Origin: Balanoglossus misakiensis
Lineage: Eukaryota > Animalia > Hemichordata
Reading direction: 5' to 3'
Length of the DNA stretch: 64,000 nucleotides
Assembly (NCBI GenBank): GCA_040954595.2
Contig: CM082595.2
Coordinates: 9,971,918 to 10,035,917, forward strand
How positions within the stretch are numbered: the stretch's first letter is position 1; every line of letters starts with the position of its first letter. Shown piece after piece: positions 11,601 to 26,400 of the stretch. The notes under the pieces were generated by a model. The model saw nothing but the letters and a program-made list of their open reading frames with translations. It was not told the DNA's origin and did not search any database. Made by a program: the position numbers and the translations under genes.

Positions 11601-14157
11601 AAGTGTCGTTCTCTTGTAAAAAGTGCTGCAAATTCCAGAAAAGGCGGTATAATTTGAATCACCCAAGACAAAATTGCAATTTTTCGACTTTTTTTCGAAA
11701 AATTGTCTTTTTTACAAAATAAATAAGAATAAATTCTTTTCTTAGTTTCAAACGGGTAGAGATACTTTCCACACGGGTTTTCTAACATTGAATTCCCGTC
11801 ATCAACTCAGATTTCCTACAGCATAAGTCGGCTAAAACCCTGACACTCTAGAGCAGAAACAGTTGCACACTGGTAACGTTGAACAAGTCGATTTTTCTAC
11901 GGCCTGGCTCGGCTAAATCTCCGTCACAATATGACAGACACTAGCGTACGTTAGCAACGGTGATCAAGTCAGATTTTCTACGGCATGGGTTGGATAAAGC
12001 CCCGGCACTCTAGAGCAGAAACACGCGTACAGAGACCACGTTGATCAAGTCTGATCTCCTACGGCTTGGCTCGACTAAAACCCCGGCACACTATGACAGA
12101 CATTAGCGTTCGTAAGCAACGTTGATCAAGTTAGATTTCCTTCGGCATGGCTTGGCTAAAGCCCTGGCACTCTAGAGCAGAAACACGCGTACAGAGACCA
12201 CGTTGATCTACTCACATTTCCTTCGGCCTGGCACGGCTGATGCCCCGGCACTATATATAGGACACAAACTGGCGTAAGTTAACAACGGTAATCACGTCGG
12301 GTTTCCCACGGCCTGGCTCAGCTGAAGCCCCGGCACTCTAGAGCAGAAACAGGCGTACATTGACTACGTTGATCAAGTAAGATTTCCTACGGCGTGACTC
12401 GGCTGGTGCACCGGCTCTATATGACACAGACTGGCGTAAGTTATCAACGGTGATTACGTCGGATTTCCTACGGCATGGTTTAGCTGAAGCCCCGGCACTT
12501 TAGAGCGGAAACACGCGTACATTGACCACGATGATCAAGTCAGATCTCCTACGGCCTGGCTCGACTAAAACCCCGGCACACCATGACAGACACTAGCGTT
12601 CGTTAGCAACGGTGATCAAGTCGGATTTCCTTCGGCCTGGCTCTGCAAAAGACCCGACACATTAGTACAAAGACGTTGGCTAAGTCGGGCAAACCGAAGA
12701 GGGAAAGTCACAGCGGGTCAACACTCGACATTTGTTCGGGTAGGACTGTATTATTGCCTGTCAATTTATAGAGAAAGCCCGAATTTAACCAGGGCGTTTC
12801 AAACACCGACGTTATTTGGGGGCACGGCCTGCAGTACTGCCGGGTAAGCTGACATCGGCGTACCGCATATAATGTAGGGGGGGGGACAGAACGGTTCAAT
12901 ACTACATTTATTAGATATCAGCTAATTTTGGACAATCATCTAAAATCTAAATCATTTTTTCATATTTGGATATCTGATGATGTATGAAATTTCCAATATA
13001 TGTAAAAATGGTGCTGATTATAAAAAATGCACTCTGAATGAGCTGATTTAATACAAAATTGCGTTTTATTCGTTTTTGCACCAAAAAGGTCATTTTTAGG
13101 CAAAACATTCTTTATTTTTTTAATTCGGTGGCCTGATCATATATAAGCAATTGCTTGCATGTTAAAAGTTTTGATGACTTTTAAAAGCAGTGACACTGGC
13201 GGCATTCAACACGAAAATAACAATTTTAACCACAATTTGGTCAAAATGGTAAATTTTTGAAAATTACAAAAAATACCTGTTTTCTACATTTTCGGAAATC
13301 TGATGGAGTACAGAATGCTCTTCGTATATATATATCGATACAAATTCCACAAAAGACCGTCTAATTTGGCTCACTGCAGACAAAATTGCGTTTTACAAAA
13401 TTTTTCTTGAAAATGTCATTTTTAGAAAAATAAAATAAAAAAACCTTCGTTCTTCGAATTTGGTGCCCTGATCATATATGACATGTTGATTGTATGTTAA
13501 AACTTTCGACCACTCCAAAAATGCAGAGATATTGACGGAATTCAAGAAAAAATAGCCATTTTGGCCATATTTTGACAAAATGGTACATTTTTAAAAAATC
13601 ATAAAAAATAAACTCTTTTCTTCATTTTCGGAAATATTATGGAGCATGAAGTGTCGTTCTCTTGTAAAAAGTGCTGCAAATTCCAGAAAATGTGGTATAA
13701 TTTGAATCACCCAAGACAAAATTACCATTTTCGACTTGTTTTCGAAAAATTGTCTTTTTTAAAAAATAAATAAGAATAAATTCTTTTCTTAGTTTCAAAC
13801 GGGTAGAGATACTTTCCACACGGGTTTTCTAACATTGAATTCCCGTTCATCAACTCAGATTTCCTACAGCATAAGTCGGCTAAAACCCTGACACTCTAGA
13901 GCAGAAACAGTTGCACACTGATAACGTTGAACAAGTCGATTTTTCTACGGCCTGGCTCGGCTAAATCTCGTCACAATATGACAGACACTAGCGTACGTTA
14001 GCAACGGTGATCAAGTCAGATTTTCAACGGCATGGGTTGGATAAAGCCCCGGCACTCTAGAGCAGAAACACGCGTACAGAGACCACGTTGATCAAGTCTG
14101 ATCTCCTACGGCTTGGCTCGACTAAAACCCCGGCACACTATGACAGACACTAGCGTT

Positions 14158-14347
14158 ATTATTATTATTATTATTATTAAGAATTGTTTAAAATGCGCTA
14201 CACATACGTCTCAGCGCATTGTGCACAGCTAAAACAGTAGATTAAAAAATACAAGGCTGGTAAAAATAGTTAAAAGGACACAATCGAACACGTTACACAT
14301 AAAATCGAGTAAAAAGGTATGTTTTCAAATTACGCTTAAAAATATTG
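14158..14347 (-). mobile_element. 5'-truncated non-LTR retrotransposon 3' end (L2/CR1-type LINE), 190 bp, 6-bp TSD
   Basis: Flanked by the direct repeat agcgtt (14152-14157 and 14348-14353), and every other unit is an empty site. The minus strand reads ORF2-like end NIFKRNLKTYLFTRFYV*, then a T-rich 3'UTR, an 8-bp stem aatgcgct/agcgcatt (14192-14220) and an (AAT)n tail. Confidence 0.9.
14293..14346 (-). pseudogene. C-terminal 17 codons of a LINE ORF2 (FKRxLKTYLF motif)
   Basis: Translation N-I-F-K-R-N-L-K-T-Y-L-F-T-R-F-Y-V-stop matches the conserved C-terminal motif of L2/CR1-group ORF2 proteins. Confidence 0.8.
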
Positions 14348-17300
14348 AGCGTTCGTTAGCAACGTTGATCAAGTCAGATTTCCTACGGCATGGCTTTGCT
14401 AAAGCCCTGACACTCTAGAGCAGAAACACGCGTACAGAGACCACGTTGATCGACTAACATTTTCTTCGGCCTGGCACGGCTGATGCCCCGGCACTATATA
14501 TAGGACACAGACTGGCGTAAGTTAACAACGGTAATCACGTCGGGTTTCCTACGGCCTGGTTCAGCTGAAGCCCCGGCACTCTAGAGCAGAAACAGGCGTA
14601 CATTGACCACGTTGATCAAGTCAGATTTCCTACGGCGTGACTCGGCTGCTGAACCGGCTCTATATGACACAGACTGGCGTAAGTTATCAACGGTGATTAC
14701 GTCGGATTTCCTACGGCCTGGTTTAGCTGAAGCCCCGGCACTTTAGAGCGGAAACACGCGTACATTGACCACGATGATCAAGGCAGATCTCCTACGGCCT
14801 GGCTCGACTAAAACCCCGGCACACCATGACAGACACTAGCGTTCGTTAGCAACGGTGATCAAGTCGGATTTCCTTCGGCCTGGCTCTGCAAAAGACCCGA
14901 CACTCTAGTACAAAGACGTTGGCTAAGTCGGGCAAACCGAAGAGGGAAAGTCACAGCGGGTCAACACTCGACATTTGTTCGGGTAGGACTGTATTATTGC
15001 CTGTCAATTTATAGAGAAAGCCCGAATTTAACCAGGGCGTTTCAAACACCGACGTTATTTGGGGGCACGGCCTGCAGTACTGCCGGGTAAGCTGACATCG
15101 GCGTACCGCATATAATGTAGGGGGGGGGACAGAACGGTTCAATACTACATTTATTAGATATCAGCTAATTTTGGACAATCATCTAAAATCTAAATCATTT
15201 TTTCATATTTGGATATCTGATGATGTATGAAATTTCCAATATATGTAAAAATGGTGCTGATTATAAAAAATGCACTCTGAATGAGCTGATTTAATACAAA
15301 ATTGCGTTTTATTCGTTTTTGCACCAAAAAGGTCATTTTTAGGCAAAACATTCTTTATTTTTTTAATTCGGTGGCCTGATCATATATAAGCAATTGCTTG
15401 CATGTTAAAAGTTTTTATGACTTTTAAAAGCAGTGACACTGGCGGCATTCAACACGAAAATAACAATTTTAACCACAATTTGGTCAAAATGGTAAATTTT
15501 TGAAAATTACAAAAAATACCTGTTTTCTACATTTTCGGAAATCTGATGGAGTATAGAATGCTCTTCGTATATATATATCGATACAAATTCCACAAAAGAC
15601 CGTCTAATTTGGCTCACTGCAGACAAAATTGCGTTTTACCAAATTTTTCTTGAAAATGTCATTTTTAGAAAAATAAAATAAAAAAACCTTCGTTCTTCGA
15701 ATTTGGTGCCCTGATCATATATGACATGTTGATTGTATGTTAAAACTTTCGACCACTCCAAAAATGCAGAGATATTGACGGAATTCAAGAAAAAATAGCC
15801 ATTTTGGCCATATTTTGACAAAATGGTACATTTTTAAAAAATCATAAAAAATAAACTCTTTTCTTCATTTTCGGAAATATTATGGAGCATGAAGTGTCGT
15901 TCTCTTGTAAAAAGTGCTGCAAATTCCAGAAAATGCGGTATAATTTGAATCACCCAAGACAAAATTACCATTTTCGACTTGTTTTCGAAAAATTGTCTTT
16001 TTTAAAAAATAAATAAGAATAAATTCTTTTCTTAGTTTCAAACGGGTAGAGATACTTTCCACACGGGTTTTCTAACATTGAATTCCCGTTCATCAACTCA
16101 GATTTCCTACAGCATAAGTCGGCTAAAACCCTGACACTCTAGAGCAGAAACAGTTGCACACTGATAACGTTGAACAAGTCGATTTTTCTACGGCCTGGCT
16201 CGGCTAAATCTCGTCACAATATGACAGACACTAGCGTACGTTAGCAACGGTGATCAAGTCAGATTTTCAACGGCATGGGTTGGATAAAGCCCCGGCACTC
16301 TAGAGCAGAAACACGCGTACAGAGACCACGTTGATCAAGTCTGATCTCCTACGGCTTGGCTCGACTAAAACCCCGGCACACTATGACAGACACTAGCGTT
16401 CGCTAGCAACGTTGATCAAGTCAGATTTCCTACGGCATGGCTTTGCTAAAGCCCTGACACTCTAGAGCAGAAACACGCGTACAGAGACCACGTTGATCTA
16501 CTCACATTTCCTTCGGCCTGGCACGGCTGATGCCCCGGCACTATAAATAGGACACAGACTGGCGTAAGTTAACAACTGTAATCACGTCGGGTTTCCTACG
16601 GCCTGGCTCAGCTGAAGCCCCGGCACTCTAGAGCAGAAACAGGCGTACATTGACCACGTTGATCAAGTCAGATTTCCTACGGCGTGACTCGGCTGGTGCA
16701 CCGGCTCTATATGACACAGACTGGCGTAAGTTATCAACGGTGATTACGTCGGATTTCCTACGGCCTGGTTTAGCTGAAGCCCCGGCACTTTAGAGCGGAA
16801 ACACGCGTACATTGACCACGATGATCAAGTCAGATCTCCTACGGCCTGGCTCGACTAAAACCCCGGCACACCATGACAGACACTAGCGTTCGTTAGCAAC
16901 GGTGATCAAGTCGGATTTCCTTCGGCCTGGCTCTGCAAAAGACCCGACACTCTAGTACAAAGACGTCGGCTAAGTCGGGTAAACCGAAGAGGGAAAGTCA
17001 CAGCGTGTCAACACTCGACATTTGTTCGGGTAGGACTGCATTATTGCCTGTCAATTTATAGATAAAGCCCGAATTTAACCAGGGCGTTTCAAACACCGAC
17101 GTTAGGTGGGGGCACGGCCTGCAGTACTGCCGGGTAAGCTGACATCGGCGTACCGCATATAATGTAGGGGAGGGGGGGGGGACTGAACGGTTCAATACTA
17201 CATTTATTAGATATCAGCTAATTTTGGACAATCATCTAAAATCTAAATCATTTTTTCATATTTGGATATCTGGTGATGTATGAAATTTCCATTATATGTA

Positions 17301-18449
17301 AAAATGGTGCTGATTATAAAAAAAATGCACTCTGAATGAGGTTATTTAATACAAAATTGCGTTTTATTCGTTTTTGCGCCAAAAAGGTCATTTTTAGGCC
17401 AAACATTCTTTATTTTTTTTAATTCGGTGACCTGATCATATATAAACAATTGCTTGTATGTTAAAAGTTTTTTTTGACTTTTAAAAGCAGTGACACTGGC
17501 GGCATTCAACACGAAAATAACAATTTTAGCCATAATTTGGTCAAAATGGTAAATTTTTGAAAATTACAAAAAATACCTGTTTTCTACATTTTCGGAAATC
17601 TGATGGAGTATAGAATGCTCTTCGTATGTATATATCGACACAAATTCCACAAAAGACAATCTAATTTGGCTCACTGCAGACAAAATTGCGTTTTACCAAA
17701 TTTTCCTTGAAAATGTCATTTTTAGAAAAAAAATAAGAATAAATTCTTTTCTTAGTTTCAAACGGGTAGAGATACTTTCTACACGGGTTTTCTAACATTG
17801 AATTCCCGTTCATCAACTCAGATTTCCTACAGCATAAGTCGGCTAAAACCCTGAGACTTCAGAGCAGAAACAGTTGCACACTGGTAACGTTGAACAAGTC
17901 GATTTTTCTACGGCCTGGCTCGGCTAAATCTCCGTCACAATATGACAGACACTATCGTACGTTAGCAACGGTGATCAAGTCAGATTTTCTACGGCATGGC
18001 TTGGATAAAGCCCCGGCACTCTAGAGCAGAAACACGCGTACAGAGACCACGTTGATCTACTCACATTTCCTTCGGCCTGGCACGGCTGATGCCCCGGCAC
18101 TATATATAGGACACAGACTGGCGTAAGTTAACAACGGTAATCACGTCGGGTTTCCTACGGCCTGGCTCAGATGAAGCCCCGGCACTCTAGAGCAGAAACA
18201 GGCGTACAGTGACCACGTTGATCAAGTCAGATTTCCTACGGCGTGACTCGGCTGGTGCACCGGCTCTATATGACACAGACTGGCGTAAGTTATCATCGGT
18301 GATTACGTCGGATTTCCTACGGCATGGTTTAGCTGAAGCCCCGGCACTTCAGAGCGGAAACACGCGTACATTGACCACGATGATCAAGTCAGATCTCCTA
18401 CGGCCTGGCTCGACTAAAACCCCGGCACACCATGACAGACACTAGCGTT

Positions 18450-21400
18450 CGTTAGCAACGGTGATCAAGTCGGATTTCCTTCGGCCTGGCTCTGCAAAAG
18501 ACCCGACACATTAGTACAAAGACGTTGGCTAAGTCGGGCAAACCGAAGAGGGAAAGTCGCAGCGGGTCAACACTCGACATTTGTTCGGGTAGGACTGCAT
18601 TATTGCCTGTCAATTTATAGAGAAAGCCCGAATTTAACCAGGGCGTTTCAAACAAGGACGTTATTTGGGGGCACGGCCTGCAGTACTGCCGGGTAAGCTG
18701 ACATCGGCGTACCGCATATAATGTAGGGGGGGGGGGGGGGGACAGAACGGTTCAATACTACATTTATTAGATATCAGCTAATTTTGGACAATCATCTAAA
18801 ATCTAAATCATTTTTTCATATTTGGATATCTGATGATGTATGAAATTTCCATTATATGTAAAAATGGTGCTGATTATAAAAAATGCACTCTGAATGAGCT
18901 GATTTAATACAAAATTGCGTTTTATTCGTTTTTGCACCAAAAAGGTCATTTTTAGGCAAAACATTCTTTATTTTTTTAATTCGGTGACCTGATCATATAT
19001 AAGCAATTGCTTGCATGTTAAAAGTTTTTATGACTTTTAAAAGCAGTGACACTGGCGGCATTCAACACGAAAATAACAATTTTAACCACAATTTGGTCAA
19101 AATGGTAAATTTTTGAAAATTACAAAAAATACCTGTTTTCTACATTTTCGGAAATCTGATGGAGTATAGAATGCTCTTCGTATATATATATCGATACCAA
19201 TTCCACAAAAGACCGTCTAATTTGGCTCACTGCAGACAAAATTGCGTTTTACCAAATTTTCCTTGAAAATGTCATTTTTAGAAAAATAAAATAAAAAAAC
19301 CTTCGTTCTTCGAACTTGGTGCCCTGATCATATATGACATGTTGATTGTATGTTAAAACTTTCGACCACTCCAAAAATGCAGAGATATTGACGGAATTCA
19401 AGAAAAAATAGCCATTTTGGCCATATTTTGACAAAATGGTACATTTTTAAAAAATCATAAAAAATAAAACTCTTTTCTTCATTTTCGGAAATATTATGGA
19501 GCATGAAGTGTCGTTCTCTTGTAAAAAGTGCTGCAAATTCCAGAAAATGTGGTATAATTTGAATCACCCAAGACAAAATTACCATTTTCGACTTGTTTTC
19601 GAAAAATTGTCTTTTTTAAAAAATAAATAAGAATAAATTCTTTTCTTAGTTTCAAACGGGTAGAGATACTTTCCACACGGGTTTTCTAACATTGAATTCC
19701 CGTTCATCAACTCAGATTTTCTACAGCATAAGTCGGCTAAAACCCTGACACTCTAGAGCAGAAACAGTTGCACACTGATAACGCTGAACAAGTCGATTTT
19801 TCTACGGCCTGGCTCGGCTAAATCTCGTCACAATATGACAGACACTAGCGTACGTTAGCAACGGTGATCAAGTCAGATTTTCAACGGCATGGGTTGGATA
19901 AAGCCCCGGCACTCTAGAGCAGAAACACGCGTACAGAGACCACGTTGATCAAGTCTGATCTCCTACGGCTTGGCTCGACTAAAACCCCGGCACACTATGA
20001 CAGACACTAGCGTTCGTTAGCAACGTTGATCAAGTCAGATTTCCTACGGCATGGCTTTGCTAAAGCCCTGACACTCTAGAGCAGAAACACGCGTACAGAG
20101 ACCACGTTGATCTACTCACATTTCCTTCGGCCTGGCACGGCTGATGCCCCGGCACTATATATAGGACACAGACTGGCGTAAGTTAACAACGGTAATCACG
20201 TCGGGTTTCCTACGGCCTGGCTCAGCTGAAGCCCCGGCACTCTAGAGCAGAAACAGGCGTACATTGACCACGTTGATCAAGTCAGATTTCCTACGGCGTG
20301 ACTCGGCTGGTGCACCGGCTCTATATGACACAGACTGGCGTAAGTTATCAACGGTGATTACGTCGGATTTCCTACGGCATGGTTTAGCTAAAGCCCCGGC
20401 ACTTTTGAGCAGAAACAGGCGTACATTGACCACGTTGATCAAGTCAGATTTCCTACGGCGTGACTCGGCTGGTGCACCGGCTCTATATGACACACACTGG
20501 CGTGAGTTATCAACGGTGATTACGCCAGATTTCCTACGGCATGGTTTAGCTGAAGCCCCGGCACTGTGGAGCGGAAACACGCGTACATTGACCACGATGA
20601 TCAAGTCAGATCTCCTACGGCCTGGCTCGACTAAAACCCCGGCACACCATGACAGACACTAGCGTTCGTTAGCAACGGTGATCAAGTCGGATTTCCTTCG
20701 GCCTGGCTCTGCAAAAGACCCGACACATTAGTACAAAGACGTTGGCTAAGTCGGGCAAACCGAAGAGGGAAAGTCGCAGCGGGTCAACACTCGACATTTG
20801 TTCGGGTAGGACTGCATTATTGCCTGTCAATTAATAGAGAAAGCCCGAATTTAACCAGGGCGTTTCAAACAAGGACGTTATTTGGGGGCACGGCCTGCAG
20901 TACTGCCGGGTAAGCTGACATCGGCGTACCGCATATAATGTAGGGGGGGGGACAGAACGGTTCAATACTACATTTATTAGATATCAGCTAATTTTGGACA
21001 ATCATCTAAAATCTAAATCATTTTTTCATATTTGGATATCTGATGATGTATGAAATTTCCATTATATGTAAAAATGGTGCTGATTATAAAAAATGCACTC
21101 TGAATGAGCTGATTTAATACAAAATTGCGTTTTATTCGTTTTTGCACCAAAAAGGTCATTTTTAGGCAAAACATTCTTTATTTTTTTAATTCGGTGACCT
21201 GATCATATATAAGCAATTGCTTGCATGTTAAAAGTTTTTATGACTTTTAAAAGCAGTGACACTGGCGGCATTCAACACGAAAATAACAATTTTAACCACA
21301 ATTTGGTCAAAATGGTAAATTTTTGAAAATTACAAAAAATACCTGTTTTCTACATTTTCGGAAATCTGATGGAGTATAGAATGCTCTTCGTATATATATA

Positions 21401-24400
21401 TCGATACCAATTCCACAAAAGACCGTCTAATTTGGCTCACTGCAGACAAAATTGCGTTTTACCAAATTTTCCTTGAAAATGTCAATTTTAGAAAAATAAA
21501 ATAAAAAAACCTTCGTTCTTCGAACTTGGTGCCCTGATCATATATGACATGTTGATTGTATGTTAAAACTTTCGACCACTCCAAAAATGCAGAGATATTG
21601 ACGGAATTCAAGAAAAAATAGCCATTTTGGCCATATTTTGACAAAATGGTACATTTTTAAAAAATCATAAAAAATAAAATCTTTTCTTCATTTTCGGAAA
21701 TATTATGGAGCATGAAGTGTCGTTCTCTTGTAAAAAGTGCTGCAAATTCCAGAAAATGTGGTATAATTTGAATCACCCAAGACAAAATTACCATTTTCGA
21801 CTTGTTTTCGAAAAATTGTCTTTTTTAAAAAATAAATAAGAATAAATTCTTTTCTTAGTTTCAAACGGGTAGAGATACTTTCCACACGGGTTTTCTAACA
21901 TTGAATTCCCGTTCATCAACTCAGATTTCCTACAGCATAAGTCGGCTAAAACCCTGACACTCTAGAGCAGAAACAGTTGCACACTGATAACGCTGAACAA
22001 GTCGATTTTTCTACGGGCTGGCTCGGCTAAATCTCGTCACAATATGACAGACACTAGCGTACGTTAGCAACGGTGATCAAGTCAGATTTTCAACGGCATG
22101 GGTTGGATAAAGCCCCGGCACTCTAGAGCAGAAACACGCGTACAGAGACCACGTTGATCAAGTCTGATCTCCTACGGCTTGGCTCGACTAAAACCCCGGC
22201 ACACTATGACAGACACTAGCGTTCGTTAGCAACGTTGATCAAGTCAGATTTCCTACGGCATGGCTTTGCTAAAGCCCTGACACTCTAGAGCAGAAACACG
22301 CGTACAGAGACCACGTTGATCTACTCACATTTCCTTCGGCCTGGCACGGCTGATGCCCCGGCACTATATATAGGACACAGACTGGCGTAAGTTAACAACG
22401 GTAATCACGTCGGGTTTCCTACGGCCTGGCTCAGCTGAAGCCCCGGCACTCTAGAGCAGAAACAGGCGTACATTGACCACGTTGATCAAGTCAGATTTCC
22501 TACGGCGTGACTCGGCTGGTGCACCGGCTCTATATGACACAGACTGGCGTAAGTTATCAACGGTGATTACGTCGGATTTCCTACGGCATGGTTTAGCTAA
22601 AGCCCCGGCACTTTTGAGCAGAAACAGGCGTACGTTGACCACGTTGATCAAGTCAGATTTCCTACGGCGTGACTCGGCTGGTGCACCGGCTCTATATGAC
22701 ACACACTGGCGTGAGTTATCAACGGTGATTACGCCAGATTTCCTACGGCATGGTTTAGCTGAAGCCCCGGCACTGTGGAGCGGAAACACGCGTACATTGA
22801 CCACGATGATCAAGTCAGATCTCCTACGGCCTGGCTCGACTAAAACCCCGGCACACCATGACAGACACTAGCGTTCGTTAGCAACGGTGATCAAGTCGGA
22901 TTTCCTTCGGCCTGGCTCTGCAAAAGACCCGACACATTAGTACAAAGACGTTGGCTAAGTCGGGCAAACCGAAGAGGGAAAGTCGCAGCGGGTCAACACT
23001 CGACATTTGTTCGGGTAGGACTGCATTATTGCCTGTCAATTTATAGAGAAAGCCCGAATTTAACCAGGGCGTTTCAAACAAGGACGTTATTTGGGGGCAC
23101 GGCCTGCAGTACTGCCGGGTAAGCTGACATCGGCGTACCGCATATAATGTAGGGGGGGGGGGGGGGACAGAACGGTTCAATACTACATTTATTAGATATC
23201 AGCTAATTTTGGACAATCATCTAAAATCTAAATCATTTTTTCATATTTGGATATCTGATGATGTATGAAATTTCCATTATATGTAAAAATGGTGCTGATT
23301 ATAAAAAATGCACTCTGAATGAGCTGATTTAATACAAAATTGCGTTTTATTCGTTTTTGCACCAAAAAGGTCATTTTTAGGCAAAACATTCTTTATTTTT
23401 TTAATTCGGTGACCTGATCATATATAAGCAATTGCTTGCATGTTAAAAGTTTTTATGACTTTTAAAAGCAGTGACACTGGCGGCATTCAACACGAAAATA
23501 ACAATTTTAACCACAATTTGGTCAAAATGGTAAATTTTTGAAAATTACAAAAAATACCTGTTTTCTACATTTTCGGAAATCTGATGGAGTATAGAATGCT
23601 CTTCGTATATATATATCGATACCAATTCCACAAAAGACCGTCTAATTTGGCTCACTGCAGACAAAATTGCGTTTTACCAAATTTTCCTTGAAAATGTCAT
23701 TTTTAGAAAAATAAAATAAAAAAACCTTCGTTCTTCGAACTTGGTGCCCTGATCATATATGACATGTTGATTGTATGTTAAAACTTTCGACCACTCCAAA
23801 AATGCAGAGATATTGACGGAATTCAAGAAAAAATAGCCATTTTGGCCATATTTTGACAAAATGGTACATTTTTAAAAAATCATAAAAAATAAAACTCTTT
23901 TCTTCATTTTCGGAAATATTATGGAGCATGAAGTGTCGTTCTCTTGTAAAAAGTGCTGCAAATTCCAGAAAATGTGGTATAATTTGAATCACCCAAGACA
24001 AAATTACCATTTTCGACTTGTTTTCGAAAAATTGTCTTTTTTACAAAATAAATAAGAATAAATTCTTTTCTTAGTTTCAAACGGGTAGAGATACTTTCCA
24101 CACGGGTTTTCTAACATTGAATTCCCGTTCATCAACTCAGATTTCCTACAGCATAAGTCGGCTAAAACCCTGACACTCTAGAGCAGAAACAGTTGCACAC
24201 TGATAACGCTGAACAAGTCGATTTTTCTACGGCCTGGCTCGGCTAAATCTCGTCACAATATGACAGACACTAGCGTACGTTAGCAACGGTGATCAAGTCA
24301 GATTTTCAACGGCATGGGTTGGATAAAGCCCCGGCACTCTAGAGCAGAAACACGCGTACAGAGACCACGTTGATCAAGTCTGATCTCCTACGGCTTGGCT

Positions 24401-26400
24401 CGACTAAAACCCCGGCACACTATGACAGACACTAGCGTTCGTTAGCAACGTTGATCAAGTCAGATTTCCTACGGCATGGCTTTGCTAAAGCCCTGACACT
24501 CTAGAGCAGAAACACGCGTACAGAGACCACGTTGATCTACTCACATTTCCTTCGGCCTGGCACGGCTGATGCCCCGGCACTATATATAGGACACAGACTG
24601 GCGTAAGTTAACAACGGTAATCACGTCGGGTTTCCTACGGCCTGGCTCAGCTGAAGCCCCGGCACTCTAGAGCAGAAACAGGCGTACATTGACCACGTTG
24701 ATCAAGTCAGATTTCCTACGGCGTGACTCGGCTGGTGCACCGGCTCTATATGACACAGACTGGCGTAAGTTATCAACGGTGATTACGTCGGATTTCCTAC
24801 GGCATGGTTTAGCTAAAGCCCCGGCACTTTTGAGCAGAAACAGGCGTACATTGACCACGTTGATCAAGTCAGATTTCCTACGGCGTGACTCGGCTGGTGC
24901 ACCGGCTCTATATGACACACACTGGCGTGAGTTATCAACGGTGATTACGCCAGATTTCCTACGGCATGGTTTAGCTGAAGCCCCGGCACTGTGGAGCGGA
25001 AACACGCGTACATTGACCACGATGATCAAGTCAGATCTCCTACGGCCTGGCTCGACTAAAACCCCGGCACACCATGACAGACACTAGCGTTCGTTAGCAA
25101 CGGTGATCAAGTCGGATTTCCTTCGGCCTGGCTCTGCAAAAGACCCGACACATTAGTACAAAGACGTTGGCTAAGTCGGGCAAACCGAAGAGGGAAAGTC
25201 GCAGCGGGTCAACACTCGACATTTGTTCGGGTAGGACTGCATTATTGCCTGTCAATTTATAGAGAAAGCCCGAATTTAAACAGGGCGTTTCAAACAAGGA
25301 CGTTATTTGGGGGCACGGCCTGCAGTACTGCCGGGTAAGCTGACATCGGCGTACCGCATATAATGTAGGGGGGGGGGACAGAACGGTTCAATACTACATT
25401 TATTAGATATCAGCTAATTTTGGACAATCATCTAAAATCTAAATCATTTTTTCATATTTGGATATCTGATGATGTATGAAATTTCCATTATATGTAAAAA
25501 TGGTGCTGATTATAAAAAATGCACTCTGAATGAGCTGATTTAATACAAAATTGCGTTTTATTCGTTTTTGCACCAAAAAGGTCATTTTTAGGCAAAACAT
25601 TCTTTATTTTTTTAATTCGGTGACCTGATCATATATAAGCAATTGCTTGCATGTTAAAAGTTTTTATGACTTTTAAAAGCAGTGACACTGGCGGCATTCA
25701 ACACGAAAATAACAATTTTAACCACAATTTGGTCAAAATGGTAAATTTTTGAAAATTACAAAAAATACCTGTTTTCTACATTTTCGGAAATCTGATGGAG
25801 TATAGAATGCTCTTCGTATATATATATCGATACCAATTCCACAAAAGACCGTCTAATTTGGCTCACTGCAGACAAAATTGCGTTTTACCAAATTTTCCTT
25901 GAAAATGTCATTTTTAGAAAAATAAAATAAAAAAACCTTCGTTCTTCGAACTTGGTGCCCTGATCATATATGACATGTTGATTGTATGTTAAAACTTTCG
26001 ACCACTCCAAAAATGCAGAGATATTGACGGAATTCAAGAAAAAATGGCCATTTTGGCCATATTTTGACAAAATGGTACATTTTTAAAAAATCATAAAAAA
26101 TAAAACTCTTTTCTTCATTTTCGGAAATATTATGGAGCATGAAGTGTCGTTCTCTTGTAAAAAGTGCTGCAAATTCCAGAAAATGTGGTATAATTTGAAT
26201 CACCCAAGACAAAATTACCATTTTCGACTTGTTTTCGAAAAATTGTCTTTTTTACAAAATAAATAAGAATAAATTCTTTTCTTAGTTTCAAACGGGTAGA
26301 GATACTTTCCACACGGGTTTTCTAACATTGAATTCCCGTTCATCAACTCAGATTTCCTACAGCATAAGTCGGCTAAAACCCTGACACTCTAGAGCAGAAA
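18450..26400 (+). repeat. Recent local amplification of a 2.21-kb variant unit (3+ near-identical copies)
   Basis: Private variants aaggacgtta, cgaacttggt, acgctgaac, cttttgagc, cacacactgg and ctgtggagc recur at ~2210-bp spacing; identical 132-aa frames at 20264, 22473 and 24689. Confidence 0.9.

Noticed and set aside
14158-14179. (ATT)n as an independent microsatellite
   Set aside because: It lies inside the TSD and is the 3' tail of the LINE fragment.
20242-25087. 120- and 132-aa ORFs with 27-aa periodicity
   Set aside because: They arise because 81 is divisible by 3 and local SNPs removed the tag in ctctag/tttag. Most copies have stops, both strands are open, and there is no zinc-finger or LRR consensus.
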